Numbered from the whole stretch's first letter, positions 37,392-50,935 are shown. The stretch is DNA of 63,238 nt, filler included, from Choristocarpus tenellus KU-1152 (GCA_964200185.2; 13 parts of 13 records of this genome joined end to end with filler, not necessarily neighbours in it); one strand, 5' to 3'. Translations and numbers: made by a program. The notes: generated by a model not told the origin, from the letters alone.

Positions 37392-40300
37392 ATGGCGGAC
37401 TTTGAAGAACAAGTCCCTTCTGGAAATGACCAGGTGTGGTAAAGGAAACGCCTACTCAACGTATAGGTCACGAAGATCGTGACACAGAAGGTCTTTCAAT
37501 CTTTACTGTGCCAGGTCATGGGTTTCGCCTCCCCCTTTAACGCTAGTATAAGTGCGTGTACCGGGTTCATATACCTTAAGTGTCTTCAGTCCTTTGTAGT
37601 TGTCCTTTCAGTACAATAACCTGACTATTCTGTACCAAGTACATAATTCCTGATTGATGTTCCACAAGCATATCGTTGTGTCTCGACAGTACGCCACAAA
37701 GAATTCTTTCCAATTCTCCTCCTTTTTCTGGTACGTCAATTCGCTGAAAGGGAGAGGGGGAGGTCCAGGCTGAACCACGACCAGAATGGCTTCCAGAGGG
37801 GTGTGAGTTGTTGGCGGATGGAGAATATGACGCCATCGTGATGGGGACTGGTCTCAAGGAGGCAATCATGTCAGGCCTTCTTTCCACACTTGGCATGAAG
37901 GTAGAATACTGTTGTACATATAGTTGAGATATCTACTATGTAGTGAATGCTTCATACAACCCACGATTACACCTTTGCCTGCTAGCCCCCAACTTCGGGT
38001 CAGGTCACTCTCGTTGTTGCTGAACCTGGCGAAATCGCATGTTCTTAAAGCAGCGATCAGGTATCATATTGGTCTCCGTGCCAGTGATATATGTGTACTA
38101 TACTAAATGCCTACTATTTGGAGACTCCCAGCTATAATGAAGTTGTGTCGTTAGGTTTGTGATTCGAGATGTTGTCATGTGTATATTACAAGTCGGTACA
38201 CAGTTTCCATGTTATGGGAGCTAATCTTGTCCGACGTAAAGCGAACCTTTCACCCACCACAATCTAGTCTCCTTTGGGGATTTGAACGTGTGTCTATGGC
38301 AGTGACTCCCTAGCAGTCTATTCGAAAGCTTGGTCCTATCACAATTTTTCCATACTCCACTCTCATGGAGTAGATGGAAAAATCATTTTGTTCATTAGAC
38401 GCCACCGCGATGTACTTATTTTGTATCTCGTACAACTTGTCATACCCAGCACTTCCCCCGATGTCTGTACCAGTGTGTAAAAACAACTGTTATTGTCGAT
38501 CGAATCTCCTGTACACCACTCGCCCCCCTCAGGTGCTCCATGTTGACCGTAACAACTACTATGGAGGCGAGTGTGCCTCACTAAACCTTACTAACCTCTA
38601 CGCTAAGTTCCGTCCTGGGCAACTCCCACCGGCAGAGCTTGGACACCCCACGCGGGACTATAACGTCGACCTTATCCCCAAATTCCTCATGGCCAATGGC
38701 AACCTAGTGAAAATGCTTCTCAAGACAAAGGTGTGTGTTTTCACAGCAGTTAATCTCTGTTTATTTGGTGACACTTGCTAGCTTTTGAGCCACGGCTTTG
38801 CTTTAATCAAAATGCCTCCATTGTCCAAGTGCAATTTTAATTTCAGAGCTGACATGTAGATGCGTCGAGTAAGATTTTTTTTTGACTTTATGCAGCTTAT
38901 TGCCTGTCAGTTACACCGAGGGGATGTGTAGCAACTGGCAGGATAATCCGCGGAACAGTAGGTGCCGTTGAGTGTGTCTGTATATGGTAGTCTGTGTTTG
39001 TTTGAGTGCAAACAAGTCGTTTGTATTTTCTTGTGACAAGCCACAGAAGTTTTGTCTCTTCAAAGACAATATGAGTGGGAATGTTGTTGGCAGTCTGGGG
39101 AGTGTATGGAATGACGTGACGGAGGGTAGTATTGTCAAATAGGTGCAGTGATGACCATTGTGTTGTGACCTGATGGCTTGTAATGAGGTCTATGGTTGCA
39201 ACTTGATTTTTGTTGTTGTGTTGTAAGCGAAGATGATGGAGATATGTATGATGCATGTTGGAGTTGTATCATTTGAGTATCTTCTGTGTAAAGATGCACC
39301 ACAATTGTTGTCTAGCAGACGATTTTATGAGAAGTGGTAGTCAAGTTGTTTCTCCTATCGGAAGTGAACGTTGCCCGTTAGATCTCTCTTCCCCCCCTTC
39401 CCTGCTGTGTTTACACAGAGGGTTACGTCCTGTGGCACAGGACGCAACTGACTCCACTTTTATGTATGATTTTTTTTTTTTGCTTGGAGCAATAGGTGAC
39501 GCGTTACCTCGAGTTCAAGACGGTTGATGGGAGCTATGTTGTGAAGGGGGGCAAGATCAACAAGGTTTGCTTTTGGTCTGGTGATACCCTGACAGTGTGG
39601 ATCTTCATCCACAGTTCTTTTATCGTTAGAGCACTAGTTCATGGTTGTCAATTTTTGTTAATGGTAATGTTTATCCTTGAAAGGCAAACCCTCTGTCGTT
39701 CTCTCCCCCCCCCCGCCTCCTCCCCCCCCCTCCCACCCGTCCTACGGCCGACGCNNNNNNNNNNTTTTTTTTTGATTTTTTTTCCTTAAAAACCACCCCC
39801 CCCCCCCCCCCCCCCCCCCCCCTACCTTGATCTCGTTCCTGAAGTGCTGAAGACCCCGCGCACGCTGCGATGTAATGCCTGCTGTGTATAAAAAATCGTT
39901 TATCTATTAGTTCAGGTGCTGTAGAAGAGATTTTCATACCGTGATCAGAGGAAAGCCCATCGTTCTCAAGAGATAATCCCTCCCTTCTCAAAACCTCTTT
40001 TCACCAATGCGTTCCTCGCCCCTGTCACCCCTTTCCTCCTGCCATGCCCTTCCTCTTCCCCCCCTCCATCCTTAGCCATCTCTCCGCCTGAACTGCACTC
40101 TCCTCATCCTACGTTATGTAACTCAAGTTGTCTTCCATTCGAAAATCCTTCTTTGTGGTAAAAAAAAAAAAGTCCTGACCAAGACCATACGGCTTGACCA
40201 CTCTCTTTTTTTCTTTTTTTGGGGGGGTGATGGTGACTCTGGGGCACTGGCGGTGGTTATGGGTGTGTGTGCAGGTTCCGGCGACCCCGGATGAGGCACT

Positions 40301-40398
40301 CAAGACGTCGCTAATGGGCATATTTGAGAAGAGACGCTTCCGGAACTTTCTCATGTACCTTGCCAACTACGAGGCTGACAAGCCAGAGACATTTAAGG
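37392..40398 (+). CDS. GDI: Rab GDP-dissociation inhibitor, 5' part (exons 37392-37433, 37751-37900, 38533-38730, 39496-39564, 40275-40398)
   Basis: [100 protein letters not shown]; GT-AG introns in phase. Confidence 0.97.
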
Positions 40399-40454
40399 GT
40401 GTGTGTGCGTGCGCATGCCCTGCCTGTCCATGCGTTTACAGTGATTGGCAGACG

Positions 40455-40554
40455 NNNNNNNNNNNNNNNNNNNNNNNNNNNNNNNNNNNNNNNNNNNNTT
40501 AATTAATTAANNNNNNNNNNNNNNNNNNNNNNNNNNNNNNNNNNNNNNNNNNNN
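40455..40554. other. Artificial contig linker
   Basis: 44N-TTAATTAATTAA-44N. Confidence 0.98.
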
Positions 40555-40595
40555 TGTAGCCTAGAATAGATTACTGGTTCTTTGCAACAATAGTT

Positions 40596-40775
40596 GACCC
40601 AAAGTATCTGGGGGGGGGGGGTCTACACCAGGGTGTCCACTTGGACTAAAATCAGGAAAAGTGCGTTTACATTATCCATCCGACATATGCAACCAAATCA
40701 CCCCAAAATCACGACAAGAAAAAATCGACCCCAAATGGACAGCCGCCACCTCCCCCCCCCCAGATACTTTGAACC
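40596..40775 (+). mobile_element. MITE family B copy, ~180 bp
   Basis: GACCCAAAGTATCT-polyG … polyC-AGATACTTTGAACC termini. Confidence 0.85.
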
Positions 40776-42699
40776 GTTACGATTTTGACTCCACACCAAA
40801 ATACTCATCCTTCAGTGAGTCCTGACTGTATTCCATTACTTACTTCCTCAGTACTGTGTAGTGCTGAATGTGGTCAATAAAAAAAATCGTGGTGGATCAG
40901 GAATTCAAGCTCCAGTACTAGATGAAGCTACATACACACTACACATCTTTGTGTGTCGTGCTATTAACACTACTACTGTGGCGCATTCCATGTCAATCAC
41001 CAAAAATGCGAACTCCCCGCACCCTGACCCTCCCCATCCTGCCAATTGCTCAATGCAAACACAACTCAATGCCCCTACCTGCTTGTTCTCAAGGTATTCA
41101 CGTACGGAGGAGACGAGTTCCTCAACAACCTTTCTCGGATACAAAGCCTGAGGAGGAAATCTAGTTGCACATGGCTGCTGGGTGAAGGGTGGAGTAGCAG
41201 GAGTTACAATAACTTGTTGAGGTTGGGGGGTGGGGTCTTGACTTGAATGTCCTTGCCCCTCACAGGAAACCTGTAGTGAGTGTGTTACATCTGTATCAGG
41301 TGGTGACTTTCGTTGGGGTTGGGGTTAGGGTGGGGCTAAGCGAAGGCTTCATCCGCGATTAGAAAAGATAGTACTACGATACTGATGTTGTCGGGACCTC
41401 GCCCACTCCAGAGAGCCGCAAAGCATAGAAAGACGTAATACTCTAGCTAAAAGCAGATAATGCAATAGCGGTCGTAGCAAGGGTTACAGGAAAGAGGAGA
41501 GGCATGTCACGCCTCGTTTTGCCCTGCATTACACTCTCTCTGTAGTTGCAAGCAAGGCATCCATCCCCTATACTTGCATTATTGCGCTTTTTCTGTACAA
41601 AATATCGTATAGGACTTAGGGCACAAGAATACTCAGAGTTCAGATACAATGTACAAAAAACACTGTATCTTATGACTGCAAGAGCAACCCCAGGTATACT
41701 GTAATGGGCATCAAGAACTGATTGTGCTAACGACGAAAGGTATGCGTCACCACCTGCTGACCGAGTACAAGTTCAAGCTTCTCACGTATGCTAATGTTGA
41801 AGCTCCATCCACCTCAAACTGTGACATCGAATGCTCAAGCCCACCACAGATAAATCACTGCATACCGTACGCATGGTTTCCTTGGGCACTCAGGATTTCA
41901 CATCCGGGGAACCACCTACCTCAGTGTCGTCTGCACAAGTCACGTCTGTTCCCTCGATGCCAAGCCCATCATTGCAGTGAGCCTGCTTGAGAGAATAATC
42001 CATCTCTTCTTTCTGCCGAATAAAGAGGAAATGAGCATGTTTGGGATGCATAGAATGACAGGCCAAATGGCGTGTTGCTCTTCTTGTCTTCATTGCTCTT
42101 TGGTATGAGTCAGTCTATAATGAGTATAAGGAATGCCCTCTACCGAGCTCATCATTCTAGGGAAGCAAGGTTCCAATTCATCACACCATTGTATTTCATT
42201 CCGAGGTACAACGACAGTAGGATCCATGTGCTGCTGCACTGCACGCGAAAAAGAATCACACAAAGGGGAGGAGAAAACGGCCAGAAATTGACCCACAACT
42301 AGGGTACATTCCTGGTGGACCTAGCTTGTACTGCGTTGAAGGGTCAACAGGTATAGCGGAATGAAAAATTCAACCCCCAAGACCAGCCCTAATGTATAAC
42401 CAAGCCTTGCCAGATCGCATTCTTCACGTGACCCAAAAAATATGGAAGAGATAGTGACGATTATCTAGTCGTCCTAGCCCCATTAGTCCCGACTTATACC
42501 ATCCATGACCACAAAAAACCCAGTCCAGCAGCCACAACTACATGTCGACATTATCACGCAAAAAAAGCAGTGCCTCCTCCTGCCTTTCCCCCTTCCCACC
42601 TCGAACGAAGCCAAAGGACTGCTTTCGATAATGCTCCTTTTCGCTTACCTTATTGTTGTGTAGTTAACAAGATATAGTTTAGGTGTAAAGTAAATACCG

Positions 42700-43036
42700 G
42701 GGAGCGAAGACCCCCAAACAATTACGACCAATGATAACGACCACTTCGCGAATAGAAAACAGCCAACTGGCTGCTTTGACTTGAAAAACATCCCTTCTCC
42801 ATACTTACATTTATATATCACCTAAACATAATCCTTTAAAATAGCAACAACCAACTGGCCACTTCATTTTAGACGACATAAATTGTGGACGAATACACAA
42901 ATTCATAAATACCTCTTTATCATTCAAAAGAAAGCAACCTGGTCCATACATCCTCTCAAGTCAAACCGCCAGTTGTTTGATTTAAATTGAGGTGGTGGTT
43001 ATCAATGGTCGTAATTGTTATTTTTCACTTCCCTGT
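42700..43036. mobile_element. Degenerate MITE-like element with ~65-85-bp TIRs
   Basis: caattacgaccaatgataacgaccac…caactggc.gctttgacttga (42719-42784) vs tcaagtcaaaccgccagttg…gtggtggttatcaatggtcgtaattg (42956-43017). Confidence 0.7.
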
Positions 43037-43675
43037 TCCACCTCGTTCGTCCTCACATCATCATCGTTCTTTTTGATTTATACTTTTTTTATGTATTATT
43101 ATTCCCTCTCACATTTTGTACTTGATGGAACAGGAACATTGTCAACTTGTGACCCCAAATAAAAACATTGCACGCACAACTCACCTCCTGTCATACTCCG
43201 TTGCCTTCGCCTAAGAATAAAATAGAACCAGAAATGGGTGGTGCCCACACCCCACATGGAAATTGGGCACATCTCTAAAGGAGTCACAAACTAAGATACT
43301 AACACAAGATCTGATAATGAAGTCGGGTGGTGGGGTTCAATATTATAGTTGATGGTTAAGTCGAAGGGACAGTGCTTTGGGTTTCGAATCAGACATAGTA
43401 GATGGATGGATGTTCCGACTTCTATTGAAAGGAACGTAACACTGCCTTCATATGATGCCTGCCATACAACAATTGAGTGAGTTTACAAGGTTGGATGTTT
43501 GGGAAATCAGTTAACTATTTGATAGAGATAGGCACTACTATATTGTAGTACTGTAACTATTTTTTCTACTCAGTATAGAACACATATGATCGATATCTGA
43601 TTTAAAACCACAAATACGGATCCTCTTGTGTTTTAATCTACCCCATATCTACCTCTCTCCATCCTTCGTATATAT

Positions 43676-43920
43676 GAGTTAAATAATTTAAGAGGGTAGG
43701 GCCACGTCCGTTCGGGGTCATAAATCCAATGTTGCGATGTTGATGGATTTTGCCTATCGTGTTAGCAAGTGCCAATATCCTTGCTCCCGACACACCTTCA
43801 TAATAGTCGTAAACATATTAGGTAACTGTTTTCACACAGAAAACCGAAAAAGGGCATAAGAAACCCGTGGGAAGCCAAGCCCTGAACGGACAGACAGGGT
43901 AAGACTCCTACCCCTTAGTC
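43676..43920 (+). mobile_element. Degenerate MITE family A copy
   Basis: Colinear similarity to 54336-54593 throughout; termini eroded. Confidence 0.8.
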
Positions 43921-44016
43921 CTTGGGGTGTATATTACCTGCAGCTGTATGTATGAGTACTACCTACAACTGTACGTATAAGTCAACAAGGATAGGGTGAG
44001 GGGTTAATCCATCCAT

Positions 44017-44381
44017 AACAGTATGTTCGTGAGATCAGGAACGGATTATGAGATAAGGAATAAGAAATATTTCGAAACCATCCTGCAGGCCGACCATCAA
44101 TTTCAGTGTGAAAGCTTTCAAATGGCCAGATTAACAAGAGCATATCTCACTCCACAAGTAACAGCATACAAATTTTGGCGATTTGAAAGTTTTTTCACAA
44201 AAATATCGATGAGCTCTCCCTCTTGTGTTCGCAAGCTTTCACTCCAAAAAACCGACGACTTCAAGAATCTGGCCATTTGAAAGCTTTCACACTGAAATTG
44301 ATCGGCGGCCTGCAGGATGGTTTCGAAATGTTTCTCATTCCTTATCTCATAATCCGTTCCTGATCTCAAGAACGTACTGTT
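44017..44381. mobile_element. 365-bp non-autonomous TIR element with ~115-bp TIRs, TSD CCAT
   Basis: aacagtatgttcgtgagatcagg…ggccagatt vs aatctggcc…cctgatctcaagaacgtactgtt; CCAT at 44013-44016 and 44382-44385. Confidence 0.88.
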
Positions 44382-44879
44382 CCATATATTCCAACTATAT
44401 TTGTCATGTTCCAACTCAGTTCACCTCCACAACAGGATTGAAGGAATAACATTTATAGAGTAAGTGGTAGAGGAGTTTTTTTGTGTTTGTTGTCTTTTTG
44501 TCTTTTCTTTGACGTTCCGATTTGAAACGCAGTTTTCATAGTATAGCGCCAGTCTCTCGGGTTTTTTGCTTCGTTAACCTCTTTTTGCCTGGTACTACTT
44601 CTTCTTTCAGGTCCCAGTCATTTTTTCTGGGATCCCCTTGACGTTGAGATTTAACCGCTCGCACACTTACCGAATGTGTGTTACTTAAGCAGGTGCATTT
44701 CCTTTTATTATGACCATCTAACCTACATCAGACAGAAGATCGGTTCAGATACAAACACAATAAATAGTAGAATATTAACAGATACCATGAATCATCAATC
44801 GAAATTTTTGTAAGGACGCGGTCTCCTATTCAGGAGCCCTCTCAAATGCAGCTACTGCCCCTTACATTGAAAATTGACC

Positions 44880-45235
44880 GCTCTTGGATGTGGCTTTTGC
44901 TGAAGTACAAGTCGATTTCCACCCCCACAACTCATCAATGAACAATAGCGTCACTGCAGCTGCAGCATAGGCCCGTAAGTGTAACGACTACGAGGGATCT
45001 TTTGACCCTCGTAGTTTCAACCGTAACACCTTGGCGGTGGAAAGCTTCGGACGTCTACGACACAACCAAAGCTATTTCTAAACGACCTAGTAATGAATAT
45101 CATAGAAGGTAAGGGGGCGGAGGGTTTCAGCAATAGGCCCATAGTATCCTAGAGGGGGGTCAGACGTCTATTCAGGACCTCTGTGACCCTGTAGTGATTT
45201 CATGTCATGGGAACGAAGGTGTCAGATGTAAGGGC
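44880..45235 (+). mobile_element. Decayed 3' fragment of an RLE-type (CRE-like) non-LTR retrotransposon
   Basis: AAAA*ARKCNDYEGSFDPRSFNRNTLAVESFGRL resembles the restriction-like endonuclease end (K…Y…xAVESFGxxG); in-frame stop. Confidence 0.7.
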
Positions 45236-45280
45236 AACTTCCTTCATCTAAACGCACCTTCCATGTTGATCCGCCTACCT

Positions 45281-45775
45281 ATTCTTTGCCCGGGGTTTGC
45301 ACACCCTCCGACTACGGGCGTGACGAACATCTGCCCGGGGCCAACCTGGGAGAAGGGGAGGAGGACCTGATGACAGCTTCCGCTCTGTGGAACGTTTGAC
45401 GTGAATTCAATGTTGGCGTCGTCTGCCTTCTCGGTCCAATGCATGTAGTAGAGAGGGCAAGTGACTGCCACGCGCAAGTAGAGCTCTGCGCGCGGCCCAC
45501 ACACCCTCATTCCAGGCGAAAGCATGCGCTTGAGCTGTTTGTTATTAGCCACATGAAGCAGCCGAACGTACTGTTCTTCTTGGTCTTCAAGAGAGATCGA
45601 ACGGAAGGCCTCTGATCGAGAGTTGCACACTTCGAGATCACCCCACGCAGGGAGGCCATTTCCGCCGACTTTGTAGTCTTTGCCTTTAAGCGGGAATAAG
45701 GCCATTTCTGCGGGATTCGAGGACGAGCTTGCACGCGGCTGAGTATTGCGGAAGACAAAGACGGCGGTGGGGTTG
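45281..45775 (-). repeat. Second copy of the unidentified coding module (open frame MALFPLKGKDYKVGG…QMFVTPVVG)
   Basis: Reverse-complement match to 1643-2138; frame open for about 135 codons. Confidence 0.8.
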
Positions 45776-45786
45776 GGGGGGGTGGA

Positions 45787-45886
45787 NNNNNNNNNNNNNN
45801 NNNNNNNNNNNNNNNNNNNNNNNNNNNNNNTTAATTAATTAANNNNNNNNNNNNNNNNNNNNNNNNNNNNNNNNNNNNNNNNNNNN
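45787..45886. other. Artificial contig linker
   Basis: 44N-TTAATTAATTAA-44N. Confidence 0.98.
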
Positions 45887-45915
45887 CCGCCCCCGCCCCC
45901 CAGATACTTTGGATC

Positions 45916-46300
45916 CTTTATCATACTCCTCATACTATTTCTTAGCGACCTTCACCATTTCCTTGACGGACCCAAACAACTCCCCCATCACCCAGCATTT
46001 CAAAGACCTGAAGAATCACAGGTCCATGATATTGAGGTCGGGGGAGTTAGATGGTTGCGTCACAAGCCTAATCGACCATCTCTCAGTCTTCTCTGCCCCT
46101 GACAAGATTTCTGAGTTGCCCTTGTCATCATCTTGCTGAACGACAAGGTGCTTCTACTGCAACCAAGGCATCTTGGTCTTGATTGTAGGCAGCAACTCCT
46201 CTGTGTACCACTTCCTGTACCACAAATGGTCTAAAGTACAGTCCTGCTCATTTACATCTCTCTTTTTATGGTTCTTGCTTGTCCTGTCTGCTATTATTAT
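45916..46300 (-). mobile_element. Decayed Tc1/mariner (DD39D-like) transposase catalytic region
   Basis: ELLPTIKTKMPWLQ*KHLVVQQD…WSIRLVTQPSNSPDLNIMDL*FFRSLK matches the QQD…QPxNSPDLNxxDLGFF motif; several stops. Confidence 0.85.
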
Positions 46301-49300
46301 TATACTTGTTGTCATTATTATTATTTGCTCACTCTTAGTCTGCATAGGTTTCCGCAAACAGAAACGCACTGATTTGTGCCCATGTCATATCCTACAAAGA
46401 TGCTCCTATCTATGTAGATAGACTAAGTGGAGAGTATTAAGGCACTCGTGCGCAAACGGGGGAGTGTGGGGGATGAGATACTTCACAAGGCACATTGATA
46501 TCTGGGAACTGAACAACGAAAAAACGAAGCAAGATGGCCTGAAAATAACTGGTGGACATATCTCCAAGATGACCTTGCCAAGTTCGGGATGGAGTTAAGG
46601 GTTTGAGCACGATGAGAGTTGCGAACCAACAGCATGAGTGTTCGGTTTTGCACAACAAAGTTAAAGGCAGAATGACATTTCAAGGGACTTGTGATGACTA
46701 ATAATATATGTCACACCAATGTAGCACCTAAGGTCGCCCAAGGTACGAACACCACCATCATTACTGTCTGTTGAATATTGCTTTCTTTGTGAGTTTATTC
46801 TCTTGAATCCATTTTCTTACTTCTCTTCCCCGTTAGTTATTGGGGTGATGTTCTTCTCCTGCGAGTCCTATTCTTCCTTTCCTTTTCTTCTTTTTCATTC
46901 CACAGTTTTGTTTTCTTTTGATAGTCATTGCTGCCTTTCTCGGGCAGTGTATATAACCTTGTTCATACTATCTTTCCAAGCACAGGTCTGTGATCCCATA
47001 GATAAAATTAGTTATTAAATTTAAGTCACAATGATAATCCTTTGTTTTGTTGCAATCGCTTCCAACAACTTACCTTATAACAGGACAGGTAGCTTCGATC
47101 CACAAGCCTGTAGGCAGATGATGAGGCTCAAGGAAAAGTGATATAACGAAAATATCATCAAATATGTTGGATCTCTCACTTTGACTAATCACTTAACAAT
47201 TCTGATTGGACTGTAAATAGGACTGAGACATGGGTAAAGAATGATCTCACAAGGACAATATAACACCTACATTATATTAATGGCGTTTATGAAACCCGAA
47301 TTAAGACCCATCGCCAGCGACCAGCCCCCCAGCATGAAGCATAACTGATTCAATGCGAAGAACAGGTGATTGGACAAGAGAAAAAATGTATCTCCTTTTC
47401 CTATCATGAAAGGTAGCAGAAATTTAGAGAATGTCACTTCCAAGTCCTAACATATCAGTAGGCAGTGTTGGGGATCCACAGCGGACGAGAAAACGAGGAG
47501 GAAAACTCCCTTCCAACGTTTGCACTGATGGTAGATATGCTAGCGTGATACTTGCACCTCATGGCACTCACTCTGCATTTGACCTAACATTCCATAGAGA
47601 CTCTCCTACACCAATGTCTCACACTCTTCCCTTGTTGCAACCAAATCCAGTAGGGTATTTTGCTCCATTCATCTATATGTAACAACCCCGCCCGTCCCCG
47701 CCCCCCACATTTTTCATACCCAGTGTGCTCTTGTTCGCTGCTCCCAAAGACTGGAAATCTGTTACTTGTTTCGTTCTTCTTTTGTGTCCTTCTCGAATTA
47801 CTCAGTCTGAGTATCCAGTCTCCTCTCCTTTCTCCTTGTGTCACAACTTCTTGACAGGGGTACCTATGGATGACAGACAGAGGACACCCCCTCGCGGCAG
47901 AGGTTGTTTCATGGAAGGGTAACCGTTTGCAGAATTCAAGATCGTCAGTGGATACATACATATATATATGTTCCAATTCAAAATTATATCTATCTACCTC
48001 AAGGTTTTCAATATATCAATGTCACGTAGGAAACAGACGGATCGTGTTGAGTGTTTTACAGGTGCTAAAAGTCAGTGGCTTTGCCAATGATCAAGCACTG
48101 CGCAAAGCTTCGTTAAGCTTGAAAGCCCAGTTGGAACAGTGGATGTATACAATAAGACAACAGTAGTGACATCTATGGTCAATTCCTCTATCATCATAGC
48201 CCATTTAAGCACTCCACAATTTACTTTTATGACCAGATCCGTTTTACTCGTATGTTTTCCACTTACTTCAAGGAGTCATCAATAGATGGGCCATCATTAT
48301 GAAGAACTTGAGGTTGTCTTGGGAGAGGGTTGTGACAATCCCTCTTGCAACTCCTGACTTATCTTTCACTTCATCCTTACCTTATTACGAGCCAGATCAA
48401 TTCAGAGACGTAGGCAGGTTTGGACCCTGTTGCATTTTAAGCTATATATCTTACCCAGTGCATTACATTATATTAAATTTCTTCGTGTGCACAATAACGC
48501 ACACACAAATTGATATTCCCCTTTTTCAAACAAAAAAGTGACACCACAACTCAGCAAAATTTATTTCCCAGCTTTATAAATGTCATCTCTATTGCCTTTT
48601 TCGGAATCCTTAGAATGCAATCCTGCCTACCTCTCACTTGAAAACTGACTCTATCCTGATCTGTAACGTAAATTTAATGTCTGTGACATGGTCCTTTAAG
48701 TCGCAATAAATTACTCCGTAGGAATGTCCTGTAAACTTATCTCAAGCACTTCAGTAGAGTCAAGTAACAGCAACACTGTCCATTATTGAATGCAAGGCAA
48801 ACTTTGTGTTCCCTTAGCCACCTTCGACCCTTTTGGAAATGACGACAGCACAAGTCTGCACCTGAGTAGCAACTGATCGAACTGCTGGTTGCTTGCGCGC
48901 CTGAAGGCAGTGATTGCAACGCAGGCAGACATGATTAAACAGTAAGAACACCATGGGAAACTGATAGTGAGTATGCAAACAAAGTGGCACCTACTCTAGA
49001 GAAACTCAGGGTACATAAAACACAACAGTATTGCTGCCAGCTCCCCCATTCAGAACCTCGAGGTCTTCCCCTCGTTGAAGGAGACCCTGAAGCCATGGTC
49101 TCTCTGCACAGACCATTGATACGATCTGGTCCACACAGTACGGTAGCCTGCGCTCTCTTGCATAGCTTCGAGGTCATAGAGAGAAACCCAAAGTCATGGT
49201 CAGGAGCGCAGTTTCAAGCAACTATGTGTGAGAATGCCCTAACGCGTGGCCAGAAAGATAATTCCTCACCAAGGATGTGGCGTCTGAGTCACAGATGCCA

Positions 49301-49652
49301 TAATAATGCAGACCCTTTCCTCCCAATTTGAGAAAAGTGGATGATGAGATGAGCCTAGGACGTCCCAAGAAGTCGACAAAGCCATGAAGGATGAATCCAA
49401 GGTGCCTCAAGGAGCCATCAAAAGTGACATGTAGTGAGCTGAGTATTCTTTCCAGGATGAAGAGACAAGGTAGAACCTACATATTGTAATGCTTCCAGTA
49501 GCTTACCTTCATTGGATATATTGTAGCTCGAATCCACAAGCCTGTAGGCTGATGATGAGGTTCGAAGGTGGTGCCTGTGATGTGTCGATAGCCTGTCAAC
49601 CAGCAAGATGGGTAGTTGACTATTATTATGATAAGATTAAGAGTTTTTCCAA

Positions 49653-49913
49653 GAGTCAAAGTATGTTAGAGGGTAGAGCCGACTTCGTTTTGGATCCAAA
49701 ATCCAATGTTTCGATTTTTATGTAATTTTGGCTATCGTGTTTGTTTAGGAAGTGTCAATCTCCTTGTTCTGGACATACCTTTTCATAACGTACACATTTG
49801 ATCTATTCTGAAACATTTTAAAGTAGAAAAATGGCACAAATAACCCCCGTGGGAAGTCAAGCCCCGAACGGACAAACGGGGCAAAACTCGTACCCTCTAA
49901 GATGCTTTCACTC
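49653..49913 (+). mobile_element. MITE family A, full length, TSD CCAA/CGAA
   Basis: GAGTCAAAGTATGTTAGAGGGTA … TACCCTCTAAGATGCTTTCACTC. Confidence 0.9.
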
Positions 49914-50721
49914 CGAAGTTTGATGCTTAACTATATCAAAAAGCACCTGAGGGGTGTGTGGTGTCCTCAAATGTATTCCGAATGGCATGGGTGTTATGTC
50001 GTGTACGTCAGGGTAATATCCGCCACATAGGTCAACTGAACGCCACACATATCAACCCAATACTCCAATCAATTTATCATATGCACCTTTTGTGCTACAT
50101 GAATGAGACGACTTTGAACCTTCCGTTTTTGGGCTGTCTGTGTGCATACTTGGCACTTAAGCCAGCTAAAGCGCAGTTAGTGATACATGAGCTAATTGCC
50201 TGTTACACTTTCTCACTACCCTCACCCTACCAAGCCTGTTGACCTGTGGTCAGATGGCAGTGCACACTACACTATTTCTTCTACCCTATGAACTACCTAC
50301 GTGTTGCACTGCAACTAATTGCCCCATGCGTACCTTGATTTTTTTCAGCACATTGGGTTCAGTCGTCTCACCACTCATCGCTCCACCTTCTCCCTCGAAT
50401 CTGGTGTCTACTCCTTCCATCTTGGACGAATCTTTGCCACCGCGATCCAGATCTTTCCACGCATCACCTCTTTGAGGACTTGCACAAGGTAGTAAGTCCC
50501 AACACACTTGCCATTTGGTCCATCGAAGTCAGATTTCCTGCAAAGAACCTCTCTGGGCTCTGCAACGGGAGTTAGAACCCAAACACTCCCGCGACACAAT
50601 GCAGACAGACAACGACCTGACCTATGTGGACAGACTCCTATGGATTGCGTATTATGTATTATGCGCTGTGTGTATGGTGTATTTTACATACTGAGTAAAT
50701 ACATTCATATATATATATATA

Positions 50722-50935
50722 TAACCTCAACACCTTCGTGGTGGAAAGTTTTGGGCCCCTCGGCAAGCAAGCGGAACCTTTCCTGGATGAGCATGCTACA
50801 CACGCGGTAGGGGGGAGAGGAACTGGAGCCTATAGCAGAAAAGGAGCCATTAAATAACGCCTACGCCAGATAGTCTCAGTCACAACGCAAGTAGCCCTGT
50901 CCAGACGGGTCATGCGTTTTAAGCTGGAGTCACCA
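50722..50935 (+). mobile_element. Second CRE-like non-LTR 3' fragment
   Basis: NLNTFVVESFGPLGKQAEPFLDE…RLRQIVSVTTQVALSRRVMRFKL; homologous to ~45020-45230. Confidence 0.7.

Noticed and set aside
44023-44449. Two similar ORFs on opposite strands (RSGTDYEIRN…)
   Set aside because: Consequence of the inverted repeat, not duplicated genes
47050-49620. Decayed retroelement RT (shared ~40-bp block at ~47090 and ~49525; similar coding-like decay at 41700-42400 and 52260-52960)
   Set aside because: No diagnostic motif could be read; cannot be classified without a database search
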